A DNA stretch of 64,000 nucleotides, from NCBI GenBank assembly GCA_019634385.1, contig JAHQVK010000123.1, positions 1,142-65,141 on the forward strand, given 5' to 3'. This DNA is from Myxococcales bacterium. GTDB taxonomy: Bacteria; Myxococcota; Kuafuiibacteriia; Kuafuiibacteriales; Kuafuiibacteriaceae. The position numbers and the translations under genes are program-made. Shown in pieces: positions 39,962 to 48,778 of the stretch (positions within the stretch are counted from its first letter, which is position 1; every line of letters starts with the position of its first letter). The notes under the pieces are model-generated. The model was not told the DNA's origin. It worked only from the letters and a program-made list of their open reading frames with translations, and searched no databases.

Positions 39962-40702
39962 CTAGATGAATTGGCGATCGAGTGCTATCGCCCGTTCAAG
40001 TCGTTTGAGGTAGACGGCTCGAGGTACTTCTTCGGCCCCTAGGGAGAGCATGTGGCTTGTAGCCTGCTGAATATCCAACAGTACAAAGCCTTTGTCTCGG
40101 AGTCGTTCAACGAGATACACCACCGCTGTTTTTGATGCATCAGAGCATCGAGAGAACATTGACTCCCCAGCGAAGAAACCGCCTATTGCCACCCCATAGA
40201 GCCCCCCCACGAGCTTTCCGTTCTTCCAGCTCTCGACGGAGTGAGCATGACCCGCTTTGTGCAGATGAATGTAGGCCGTCGCCAGCTCGTCGGTAATCCA
40301 TGTTGTTGGCCGGTCGGGAGCGATAGCTGCACACTGAGTAACAACGTCGCTGAAAGCGGTATTAAACCGCACCTCGAAGGTTTTCCGGCGAATCGTCCTC
40401 GCTAAGGAGCGGGATACGTGCAGCTGGTCTAGCTCCAAAACTGCCCTAGGGTCCGGGGAGAACCAGGTCATCAGGTCTTCGGCAAATATAGGCCATGGGA
40501 AGATACCCCGCTGGTAGGCCACCAGAAGGCGGTCAATGGAAAGATCCCCGCCAATGGCAACCAGACCATCAGCCGAGGCCGTCTCGGGTGGGGGGAAGGC
40601 AAGTTCGCTGGTCAAAATCGCGACCACGGGGGGATTGTTGCTGCCTGGACACTCCAGGTCGAGTCTCCTCTTTTTGATGTTCAATTTCGTGTGGGTGTGC
40701 AA
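39962..40702 (-). CDS. aat: Leucyl/phenylalanyl-tRNA--protein transferase
   Basis: It carries ..LLVAYQRGIFPWP.....WFSPDPRAVL.. and ..GESMFS.., the Aat family signature. The start is probably internal or non-ATG. Confidence 0.8.
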   Translation of the reverse strand: MHTHTKLNIKKRRLDLECPGSNNPPVVAILTSELAFPPPETASADGLVAIGGDLSIDRLLVAYQRGIFPWPIFAEDLMTWFSPDPRAVLELDQLHVSRSLARTIRRKTFEVRFNTAFSDVVTQCAAIAPDRPTTWITDELATAYIHLHKAGHAHSVESWKNGKLVGGLYGVAIGGFFAGESMFSRCSDASKTAVVYLVERLRDKGFVLLDIQQATSHMLSLGAEEVPRAVYLKRLERAIALDRQFI

Positions 40703-40742
40703 GGAACCCTTTTCACGACAGCCTGAGTCGGCTTCGTTCTAG

Positions 40743-40929
40743 CTAGGGCGTGTCTTCAAACTCCGGACCGCGTTCTGAATTGTATCCCTCATTTGTGAGG
40801 GGTTGGTGGCTTCGCCCCCTTTTGGGCTCCTCGGTTAGGTACATTCCGTACCCTCCCTCCGGGGCCTACCGTTCACAAATGCGGGATACGGTGCCATCTC
40901 CGCCGCCGGAGTTTGAAGCCACGCCCTAG
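40743..40929. mobile_element. Family-A element, copy A6
   Basis: ctagggcgtgtcttcaaactccgg ... ccggagtttgaagccacgccctag, a near-perfect 24-bp terminal inverted repeat. It is preceded by an extra ctag. Confidence 0.9.
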
Positions 40930-41045
40930 ATAAATTTATGACTGCTATTGGTTTTTCGTGCCCACGTTGCTGCTGACTCGCTTCGGTTACGTCTGCGGAT
41001 ATGTGTTCTCTTGGCGTGAACACGGAGGCCTACTGGCTAGCAGGC

Positions 41046-41225
41046 CATCGGAAAAGTGGGAGGGGTGATCCGCGAAGTATCTTTTCCGTGGAACGCTCTG
41101 GATGAAGAGGGCGCATACCGGGCGTATGCAACCGATGAAAGGCGAAGCCGGTCCGGACGTTCCACGGAAAAAGGACCCGCGAAGCGCTTAACTCACTTTT
41201 CCGATGGCCTGCTGGGGCGTGCCTT
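41046..41225. mobile_element. Family-B element, copy B2 (inverted relative to B1)
   Basis: ctagcaggccatcggaaaagtgggagggg ... cacttttccgatggcctgctgg. Its 3' end runs directly into A7. Confidence 0.85.
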
Positions 41226-41399
41226 TAAGCTCCGGACCCCGTTCTGCCTTGTTTCCTACGTGTGTGAGGGTTCGGTGGCTTCGCCACCCTTCCAAGTCCC
41301 TCGGCCGGGTACAGCCCGAACCTTCCTTCCGGGGTCGATCCCACACGCACGCTAGATACGGCGTCATCTCTCCCGCCGGAGGGTACAATACACGCTCCA
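41222..41399. mobile_element. Family-A element, copy A7, fused to B2 through a shared (mutated) CTAG
   Basis: gggcgtgcctttaagctccggaccccgttctgccttgtttcctacgtgtgtgagggttcggtggcttcgccaccc ... ccggagggtacaatacacgctcc. Confidence 0.8.
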
Positions 41400-41591
41400 A
41401 AGCTTATCGATGCACACCGGCTGGTCTGGGCTACGAGGGTTGGGTGAGATATTTATCCCTATAATACTCTTCGGGCTGAATAAGATTGGCCATGGATCGA
41501 CAGGCTCGTTTCCCTCAAGCATATCTTTATGGCCAACCTGGAACTATTGCGAAGTACCAGGTTTGGTAGTGCCCCTCCTCCGTGGCCGGAT

Positions 41592-41648
41592 CCTTACACA
41601 CGCGGGATACGGCGTCATCTCCCCCGCCGGAGGGTAAAGACACGTCTG
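41592..41648. mobile_element. Family-A solo half-element (right arm only), A9
   Basis: ccttacacacgcgggatacggcgtcatctcccccgccggagggtaaagacacgtct matches the right-hand 57 bp of A5 and A7. Confidence 0.65.
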
Positions 41649-41747
41649 GTGAAGACAGAGGCGGTCAAGTTGTAGTGACAGATAGTGATGCACGAAGGCA
41701 TTCTAGAGCTAGAATATGCATACAAATGTGTCTACAGCAAAGCCCAC

Positions 41748-41836
41748 TTGGTTAGAATCACCAAGTGGTCGCGCAGGGGGGCATAGACCGGCGTAGAAGC
41801 AGGCACTTGGGTCCAACCCAAGTGATTTCTGCTGTA
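41748..41836. repeat. Family-C structured repeat, copy C2
   Basis: agaatcaccaagtggtcgcgcaggggggcatagaccggcgtagaagcaggcacttgggtccaacccaagtgatttctgctgta. Confidence 0.7.
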
Positions 41837-41877
41837 TTTGCTTGCGCTGGTTGCTAGCTTTGTGAGAGCGCACAAGT

Positions 41878-42243
41878 ATGACGGATGAGGCTACAGCGAT
41901 CATCGCGGACGCTATCGCTGCACTCAAAGCAGAGGCTGCTGATATTCAGGGTAAGATTGTGGCGCTTGAGGGGGCTCTGGGGGGTGATGCTGTTGAAGGT
42001 TCCGTTTTAGCCGTTGGGCCCTCCCGTCGATCAATACCTACTGATGGTCGTCGTAGACGTAAATCTCTGGCCCCTCCTTCTGTGGTGAAAAGAGCTCAAG
42101 TTTCTCTTCCTAGGGATGAAAGAGTAAATGAAAGCAAAAAGCTTGATGAAGGGACCAATAAACGTTCCACTTCATGGACACCCGAGAAAAAGCAAGCAGC
42201 CGCTGAGCGTATGCGTAAGTATTGGGCTGATCGTAAGAAATAG
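41878..42243 (+). CDS. Hypothetical small protein (amphipathic N-terminal helix, Arg/Lys-rich C-terminus)
   Basis: MTDEATAIIADAIAALKAEAADIQGKIVALEG... The ORF lies immediately downstream of the A/B/C repeat nest. No family motif recognised. Confidence 0.35.
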   Translation: MTDEATAIIADAIAALKAEAADIQGKIVALEGALGGDAVEGSVLAVGPSRRSIPTDGRRRRKSLAPPSVVKRAQVSLPRDERVNESKKLDEGTNKRSTSWTPEKKQAAAERMRKYWADRKK

Positions 42244-42326
42244 TATTGAGTTGTAGAGCTGCGTTCGGTCCTTGGCTAGCTTAAGTTTCACAATGCCGAA
42301 TTCTATGAATATAGAACTGATGAACA

Positions 42327-43874
42327 TCAACGGGAACGCCAATTACTGGGGTTCCGATAATGTAGTGCTTCCACGAGATAGCTGTCTTGGATACGGCACT
42401 CTCCGGCTAGGTCGGCTATCGTACGGGCCACCCGTAGGACACGGTCTAAACCTCTTGCGGACATACCCAAAGATCGGGCTGCGTTCCTTAGTAGTGCGCG
42501 AGACGATGTACTAAGATGCGCATCACCGCGAAGTAGGTTTCCGGATAGTTCTGAGTTGGTACAACCACCTCGATCAATTTGACGTTTATGGGCGGCTTTT
42601 ACCCGCAAACGGATCGATTCAGAAGCCTCCCCCGGTGGTGCATCAAGGAGTTCCTCGGGGGTCAGGCTCGGAGTCTCAGCAATGAGGTCAACGCGATCCA
42701 GCAGAGCTCCAGAGAAGCGTTGTGCATACTTGTGCATGTGCTCAGGTGAACATTTGCATCGACCGGATGAATGCCCATACCAGCCACACGGACAAGGGTT
42801 TGCTGCACCCACGAGCATGAAGGCAGCAGGTAACCGCACGGTCTGTTTGTATCGAGAAATAACAACTTCGTGGTCTTCGAGTGGTTGCCGCAAAGATTCG
42901 AGAATACGCCGAGGCATTTCGGGGATTTCATCAATAAAGAGAACTCCTCCATGGGCTAGGGTTACTTCACCGGGTTTTATGGGTTGTCCTCCTCCGAGTA
43001 AACCGGCTGAAGAGATCGTATGGTGAGGGGCTCGAAACGGTCGGCAGGTCACCAGTCCTTTGTGGTCTCCGATCAGACCGGTTGCTGAACGGATACGGGT
43101 GAGCATAATCTGCTCCTCCGTTTGCAAGTCGGGTAAGATTGAAGGTAAGCGTTGGGCCAGCATGGTTTTGCCGCAGCCAGGGTTTCCGATGAGGAGGAGA
43201 TTGTGGCGACCAGCAGCGGCTACTTCCATGGCCCGCCTGGCCTGGTATTGTCCCCGTACATCTTTGAGATTGGGCAACCGTTGTTGATCTTCTGAGGTAT
43301 CGAGTGCTTTGGGGGAAGGCAAAACATACTCTCCGTTTAGGTGCCGAACGAGTTGAGTTAGGTTAGGGCTAGCAATCACTTGGAGACCTTCTATAACTGC
43401 TGCCTCAGCGCCATTTGGTTCGGGAACAATGAGTGTAGAATACCCAAGTGTGCGGGCGAGCTCAGCCGCCGGAAGAATACCTTTGACCGGACGTAAATTG
43501 CCCGAAAGCGCCAACTCACCGATGGCTATTGTATGGCTAAGGTTGGGAAAATGAAGAAGCTTAGCGGCAGTGAGTAAGCCCAAAGCCATCGGGAGATCCA
43601 ATCTGGTGCCATCTTTCCGGAGATCTGCCGGAGCTAGGTTGATCGTGATACGTTTGTGCGGCAAATAGAGTTGGCTTGCTCTCAACGCTGCATGTATGCG
43701 GTGTCGTGCTTCTTGAACCGCAGTGTCCCCGAGACCAACAATACAGAAATGGGGGATGCCTTGGGACAATTCCACTTCAACCTCAATGGGGTGCGCGTCG
43801 ATTCCAACAAGAGTTGTGCCGAAGGTGGTGGCAAACACGACCGACGAATAGAGCAAGCAGCTTGCCAAGCTCAT
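42327..43874 (-). CDS. comM: YifB/ComM-family Mg-chelatase-like AAA+ ATPase
   Basis: N-terminal ..TTLVGIDAHPIEVEVELSQG.., Walker A GNPGCGKTML and C-terminal ..HYRNP are ComM/YifB hallmarks. The start is placed at MSLASC (43874). Confidence 0.85.
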   Translation of the reverse strand: MSLASCLLYSSVVFATTFGTTLVGIDAHPIEVEVELSQGIPHFCIVGLGDTAVQEARHRIHAALRASQLYLPHKRITINLAPADLRKDGTRLDLPMALGLLTAAKLLHFPNLSHTIAIGELALSGNLRPVKGILPAAELARTLGYSTLIVPEPNGAEAAVIEGLQVIASPNLTQLVRHLNGEYVLPSPKALDTSEDQQRLPNLKDVRGQYQARRAMEVAAAGRHNLLLIGNPGCGKTMLAQRLPSILPDLQTEEQIMLTRIRSATGLIGDHKGLVTCRPFRAPHHTISSAGLLGGGQPIKPGEVTLAHGGVLFIDEIPEMPRRILESLRQPLEDHEVVISRYKQTVRLPAAFMLVGAANPCPCGWYGHSSGRCKCSPEHMHKYAQRFSGALLDRVDLIAETPSLTPEELLDAPPGEASESIRLRVKAAHKRQIDRGGCTNSELSGNLLRGDAHLSTSSRALLRNAARSLGMSARGLDRVLRVARTIADLAGECRIQDSYLVEALHYRNPSNWRSR

Positions 43875-44029
43875 AAGGTCAAAGAGAGATATATGCGCCT
43901 GTAAAAATATGCATTTAGCGACTATTGTGATGGTTGGCACCTCAACTAAGACCGCTTTTCGAAGCTAAAACGATTTTCGGAGTTGGTTCTGGGCTAGACA
44001 ACCATGCGCTAGCGTCATGAGTTGCTGCA

Positions 44030-44806
44030 ATGGGATCATGTGCCGAGTCCGCTTTTTATATTATTGAGGGCGCGATTGCTGACCTTCGACTTCGTCCATC
44101 CTATCTGTTTTTCCCAGTGGCTGCGGGGAGAGGGATCGAAGTCAGCGGATGGTTATGGTTGGCACAAACTCGTGGTCTATTTGGGGCATGGGTTGGGATA
44201 ATGATGATTTTGGTTGCGTTGTTGTCTCATGCTTACCTAGCCACCCCTCCCGCCGGTGCGTGGTCTCGTTCATGGCCGTGGGATTGGCTTACAAGTATGG
44301 GGCTGAGTGGTGTTCGGGGGTTCTTGGTGGGCTTTGTATTGGCGTTTCCACCGATAATTTTACTCGCAGTTTATGCGCGATTGGCTACCGACTCGGAGCG
44401 GGCAGTCTTGTTTCTCATCGGACTACCAGTGGGTTTGGCCGCGTTGGTGGCTGCGTTTTTCGTGACCGTGAGAAGTGTGTTGATGCCGGTGCTGGGAGAG
44501 AAAAATAGATGGTTTCGCACTATTGGTGTGAGTTGGCGACTGACGGCCAGTGCGCGGATGACCCAGTATTTGGTGGCCCTGGTGATCGTATGGGGATTGG
44601 AGTTGATGGCTGCTCTGTTGGTGGCGGCGTTACTCGGCGGCGATTCACCGGCTGAACTAGGCGAGCGCTCATGGGGAGAACTCACCGATTTGGAGTTATA
44701 CGGGATTGCTGCGTGGCGTCTAGTGGACCTCCCAGTGGAGTTGTTGGCCGGTCGGGTTCGCTGGTATGGATTGAATACCGCCGATTGTCGTTGCAAGACT
44801 GCGTGA
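44030..44806 (+). CDS. Hypothetical polytopic membrane protein
   Basis: 5-6 hydrophobic helices (..GIMMILVALLSHAYL.., ..FLVGFVLAFPPIILLAVYA.., ..LVALVIVWGLELMAALLVAALLG..). No recognisable family motif. Confidence 0.45.
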   Translation: MGSCAESAFYIIEGAIADLRLRPSYLFFPVAAGRGIEVSGWLWLAQTRGLFGAWVGIMMILVALLSHAYLATPPAGAWSRSWPWDWLTSMGLSGVRGFLVGFVLAFPPIILLAVYARLATDSERAVLFLIGLPVGLAALVAAFFVTVRSVLMPVLGEKNRWFRTIGVSWRLTASARMTQYLVALVIVWGLELMAALLVAALLGGDSPAELGERSWGELTDLELYGIAAWRLVDLPVELLAGRVRWYGLNTADCRCKTA

Positions 44807-44824
44807 GCTCATCACAATGGAACT

Positions 44825-45625
44825 GTGAATCGGCGTCCAGCAACCATCAAAAGCCAAGCGGAAATTGAGGCCATGCGTACCACCTGCAAGCTTGCAGCTC
44901 GTATTCTCAAGATGGCTGGGGAGCTTGTTAAACCCGGTGTATCGACTGAGGAAATCAATGAAGCGGTCCATACCTACACAGTTGAGGCCGGTGCGATTCC
45001 TGCTCCCCTCCACTATGGTGCGGATGTGGCTAGGGGTATACCGCCGTTTCCTAAATCAGTGTGCACTTCTGTTAACGATGTCATTTGTCATGGAATACCA
45101 TCTTCGCGAGAAATTCTCCGGGACGGGGATATCGTAAACATTGATGTTACCTGTATTTTAGATGGCTTTCATGGAGATACCAGTCGAACTTTTCTTGTTG
45201 GGGAAGTAAGGCCGGAGGCTTGTCGGCTCGTAGAAGTGAGCTACGAATGCATGATGCTTGGTATCGAGACGGTCAAGCCGGGAACCCGCACTCGGGATAT
45301 TGGCATAGCCATCGAAAATCACGCTAAGAAGTATGGCTACGGGGTTGTTGAGGAGTATGTTGGTCATGGCATCGGAAGAAACTTTCATGAAGAACCCCAG
45401 GTGCCACATTATCGATCTCGAGGTGAGAATCCCCGTTTGCGGCCAGGAATGACATTCACGATAGAACCGATGATCAATCTAGGGGCCAAAGAGACGGTTC
45501 TCGATCCGGATGATCATTGGACGGTCCGTACCGCTGATGGTTCATTGTCTGCGCAGTTTGAGCACACGATCCTAGTGACCGACCATGGTCATGATATTCT
45601 TACTGACTGGGCTAAACTCTCCTGA
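44825..45625 (+). CDS. map: Methionine aminopeptidase, type I
   Basis: ..TTCKLAARIL... ..VCTSVNDVICHGIP.. ..DIVNIDVT...GFHGDTS.. ..VGHGIGRNFHE.. are the metal-binding residues of M24A. Confidence 0.9.
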   Translation: MNRRPATIKSQAEIEAMRTTCKLAARILKMAGELVKPGVSTEEINEAVHTYTVEAGAIPAPLHYGADVARGIPPFPKSVCTSVNDVICHGIPSSREILRDGDIVNIDVTCILDGFHGDTSRTFLVGEVRPEACRLVEVSYECMMLGIETVKPGTRTRDIGIAIENHAKKYGYGVVEEYVGHGIGRNFHEEPQVPHYRSRGENPRLRPGMTFTIEPMINLGAKETVLDPDDHWTVRTADGSLSAQFEHTILVTDHGHDILTDWAKLS

Positions 45626-45657
45626 ACGGTTGGTTTTGAACTGGAAGGCTAGGTACC

Positions 45658-46920
45658 ATGACCTTGCCGCCCCCCCCACCTTTGGGCTGGATAATGGTAA
45701 CTTCACGCCTGGTGAGGCGACTTGAGGAAAAGATTCGGATCGGAATCGTCGGCCTGGGCTCTGTCGGTCAGGATATGGCTCGTGCAGCTCTGGAAGATAA
45801 ACGGGTCCGTTTGGTGGGGGTTACCGATAGGGATCGGATCAAAGCGGGACGGGATCTGGGTGAAATTATCGGTGAAGGACGAGTCGGGGTCCGCGTTGAT
45901 AGTCAGATTGAGTCGATGTTGAGCCGGGCTCGTCCCGAGGTTGCGGTGGTGACGACTACGTCGGAGCTCTCGGGCTTGGGTGACACCTTAGAGAGTTGTC
46001 TTAAGTATGGCGCACACGTGGTCACTTCCTGTGAAAACTTGGCTGACACTGAACAGGCTCTTCCCATTCTTCCCGAGGGGATTGATGAGCGAGCTCGAGA
46101 GGCAGGCATAGTTATTCTTGCAACCGGAGTTAATCCCGGTTTTGCGATGGATCGCTTGCCGGTTATGTTGGCGCAAGCCACCCGTAACATACGCAGAATT
46201 CGGGTCGCAAGGGTTGTTAATGCTTCTTCTCGCCGAGCGCAGCTTCAGGCCAAAATTGGGGTGGGTAGGCATCCATCTGAATTTGCGGAAGGTATACGGG
46301 AAGGGCGGCTGGGGCATTCTGGTTTGACGGCAAGCTTGCGTTTGGTTGCCAAAGGTCTCGGGCTGACTTTGGAGAAAACGGCGGAGGCTTTTTCGCCGGT
46401 TATAGCTGCCCACACCATGTCCTCTACCCTCGGTGAAGTGCCGCCGGGACGGGTACGAGGTATCTATCAGATCGCGCGAGGTTATCGCGCGAATAGGGAA
46501 ATGATCACCCTGGAGCTGACTATGGCTCTGGGAGAATCTAAGCCCCGAGATACCATCGATATTGTGGGTGAGCCACCTATTCACTTTGAGGGTGAGCTAG
46601 CCGGCGAAGAATGTACAGTAGCGACTATTCTCTCCGCGATTTCAGTGGTTGTAAACATGCAGCCTGGCCTGCGAAGTGTGCTGGATGTTCCGCTGGAGCA
46701 GCCAGAGGAACCGCTGGAGTCTTCACCAGCCAAGCGCAATATGGTACTGCCGGGCGCGGCGAGGCTTGAGCGGGGGGCCTCCTCGGTCAGACATCGTAAA
46801 CGAAGAGCCCCCATTCGGAAGGGGCATCACATTCCGATGGAGCGAAAGATAGCTCTACGCAAGCGGGCTGCGGAGAGGTTCAAGGCTCGCCGAGGTGCCA
46901 ATCGTGGACACCAAGAATGA
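45658..46920 (+). CDS. NAD(P)-binding DapB-like oxidoreductase (dihydrodipicolinate-reductase / amine-dehydrogenase fold) with basic C-terminal tail
   Basis: The Rossmann region is ..IRIGIVGLGSVGQDMARAAL.. followed by ..VVTTTSEL..AHVVTSCENL.. The C-terminus ..RKRRAPIRKGHH..RKRAAERFKARRGANRGHQE is unusual. Confidence 0.55.
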   Translation: MTLPPPPPLGWIMVTSRLVRRLEEKIRIGIVGLGSVGQDMARAALEDKRVRLVGVTDRDRIKAGRDLGEIIGEGRVGVRVDSQIESMLSRARPEVAVVTTTSELSGLGDTLESCLKYGAHVVTSCENLADTEQALPILPEGIDERAREAGIVILATGVNPGFAMDRLPVMLAQATRNIRRIRVARVVNASSRRAQLQAKIGVGRHPSEFAEGIREGRLGHSGLTASLRLVAKGLGLTLEKTAEAFSPVIAAHTMSSTLGEVPPGRVRGIYQIARGYRANREMITLELTMALGESKPRDTIDIVGEPPIHFEGELAGEECTVATILSAISVVVNMQPGLRSVLDVPLEQPEEPLESSPAKRNMVLPGAARLERGASSVRHRKRRAPIRKGHHIPMERKIALRKRAAERFKARRGANRGHQE

Positions 46921-47392
46921 TGGACCAAAATCCACGTGGGCAGATTGCCTTATTCGTACGCTTTTTAAAGTTGGTCACCCAGTGTACAGAAGGTTAAAAC
47001 CCTTCCTGTTTCCTATAACCCGCGGATCATGCCTGGCCATTTGGTGTCAAGGGCAGGTATTGGTCATAAAAAATTCCTACCTTCCATATTACTCTTTTCC
47101 AGGAGGTGGCATCGCCCCGGGTGAACAACCGCTGGTGGCGGCCGTTCGTGAATGTTTCGAGGAAGTAGGTATTCGGACTGCACCGGAGCACGTTAAACTC
47201 GACTTTGTGGAGGAGCTGCGATGGAAAAACACCCTGGATACGGTGTGGGTCTATCACGTCCGCCTCGAGAAGTGGCCAGATGTGCGTATCGACAATCGAG
47301 AAGTTATTTCTGCGTCTTTCATGGACCCATCAACGGCGTTGCGACATCGGCTGTTTCCGCCGGTCCGAAAGCACATTGAGCGCCGCGTGTAG
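46895..47392 (+). CDS. NUDIX hydrolase
   Basis: The Nudix box is ..FPGGGIAPGEQPLVAAVRECFEEVGI.. Start uncertain. Confidence 0.65.
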   Translation: MPIVDTKNDGPKSTWADCLIRTLFKVGHPVYRRLKPFLFPITRGSCLAIWCQGQVLVIKNSYLPYYSFPGGGIAPGEQPLVAAVRECFEEVGIRTAPEHVKLDFVEELRWKNTLDTVWVYHVRLEKWPDVRIDNREVISASFMDPSTALRHRLFPPVRKHIERRV

Positions 47393-47425
47393 TTACCGGC
47401 TGCATTATCAGAGGTCGTTTTAGTT

Positions 47426-47800
47426 ATGGATAGTAGTATTTTCGCGCGGCGACGCTTCATGATCCTCTCCGGGGTGCTGTTAAACGGCGTGCTAGCCCTG
47501 ACTACGGCGTGGATGGTAGAATCAGACCGTCCCACAATTGAAGCCTCATTTGCGTCTGGTTTGCCGTCCGATATGTTGGTCATCCGAAATCAACAAGCAA
47601 AAACGAAGGTGGAACTTGTGTTGGACAACCGATACGTCCTACGGCTCGCTGAGTTCAGTGCGGGCATGCACGGAATTGATGTTCAGCAAGCATTTCGGGA
47701 CAAAGAGCACCTGACCCCAGACTCGGGATATGTACCTCGACATCTACGAATAATATTTCAGGATGGGGAAGAAGAAATAGTGGTTCAAGAGGAGCCCTGA
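47426..47800 (+). CDS. Hypothetical small exported protein
   Basis: An N-terminal signal/TM segment (RRRFMILSGVLLNGVLALTTAWM) is followed by an acidic C-terminus. Confidence 0.35.
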   Translation: MDSSIFARRRFMILSGVLLNGVLALTTAWMVESDRPTIEASFASGLPSDMLVIRNQQAKTKVELVLDNRYVLRLAEFSAGMHGIDVQQAFRDKEHLTPDSGYVPRHLRIIFQDGEEEIVVQEEP

Positions 47801-48120
47801 CAGCTGGTTGATTTGGCGGCGTGGTTATAAGTTGACGGTTGGCTTCCGCGGGACGCGAATTAAAGAATTTCGGGCGTATACTGGCGATCAACGGTGCAGG
47901 AGACCAGAAATCCCGCCGGATGGTTGTTGGCCAAACCAACCGGCTACTATTGGGGTGTAGGCTTGTTAGTTGCGCATCCTAGGTGTGTTGCTCTTTGCGC
48001 CAAAGAACTATCGCGAACAGCCAGGAGAACCGGAATATTTTGTTTCGGGGGAGGTTCGTCTCAGCTAGCGGAGGAGATTCGGGGGGGACCGTGTTACCGG
48101 GCATTCTGGTACTTGATGAA

Positions 48121-48299
48121 CTAGCAGGCCATCGGAAAAGTGAGATGGGTGATCCGCGAAGTATCTTTTCCGCGGACCGCTCCGGATGAAGAGGGCGCAT
48201 ACCGGGCGTATGCAACCGATGAAAGGCGAAGCCGGTCCAGACCTTCCCCGGAAAAAGGGCGAGCGAAGCGCCTAACTCACTTTTCCGGTGGCCTGCTAG
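48121..48299. mobile_element. Family-B element, copy B3 (orientation as B2)
   Basis: ctagcaggccatcggaaaagtgagatgggtgatccgcgaag ... cacttttccggtggcctgctag. Its terminal CTAG is shared with A8. Confidence 0.85.
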
Positions 48300-48681
48300 G
48301 GCGTGTCTTTAACCTCCGGCGGCGGAAATGACGCCGTATCCCGTGTCTGTGAGGGGTCGGTCACGGAGAGGGAGGGTACGGGGTGTACCGCCGCCCTTGA
48401 GCTGGATGCCTCTTGCCTGGGCTGCTCGAGAGGGCGATGATGGGATTCTGTCTGCACCCGGCCCGGTGCGCATTGATGTTCCCGCGGAGCAACGCGGGTT
48501 CCCGGCGGTGGCTTGCCGCCGTCGGCCAGGAGAAACGAAGCGTGAGAGTTGAAATGGCTCGTGGTGGCGGTCCGCTGCTGTGGCCGGGGCCGAGGGGCCC
48601 GAAAGGTGTCGAAGTCTCCGACCTCTCACAGGCGCAGAAAACAAGTCAGAACGCGGTCCGGAGGCTAAAGACACGCGCTAA
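48296..48681. mobile_element. Family-A element, long variant A8 (386 bp, with about 190 bp of extra internal sequence)
   Basis: The left arm is ctagggcgtgtctttaacctccggcgg cggaaatgacgccgtatcccgtgtctgtgaggggtcgg and the right arm is ...acaggcgcagaaaacaagtcagaacgcggtccggaggctaaagacacgcgctaa. The internal segment 48390-48620 is absent from other copies. Confidence 0.75.
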
Positions 48682-48778
48682 CGTTAGACCGGGACCATTT
48701 TAGCAAAACGCACTAAGCAAATCATAGTGAACTTCAGTAGCACCGGACAGTGGGCGGGGAATGTGCTAGGCGACGGCT

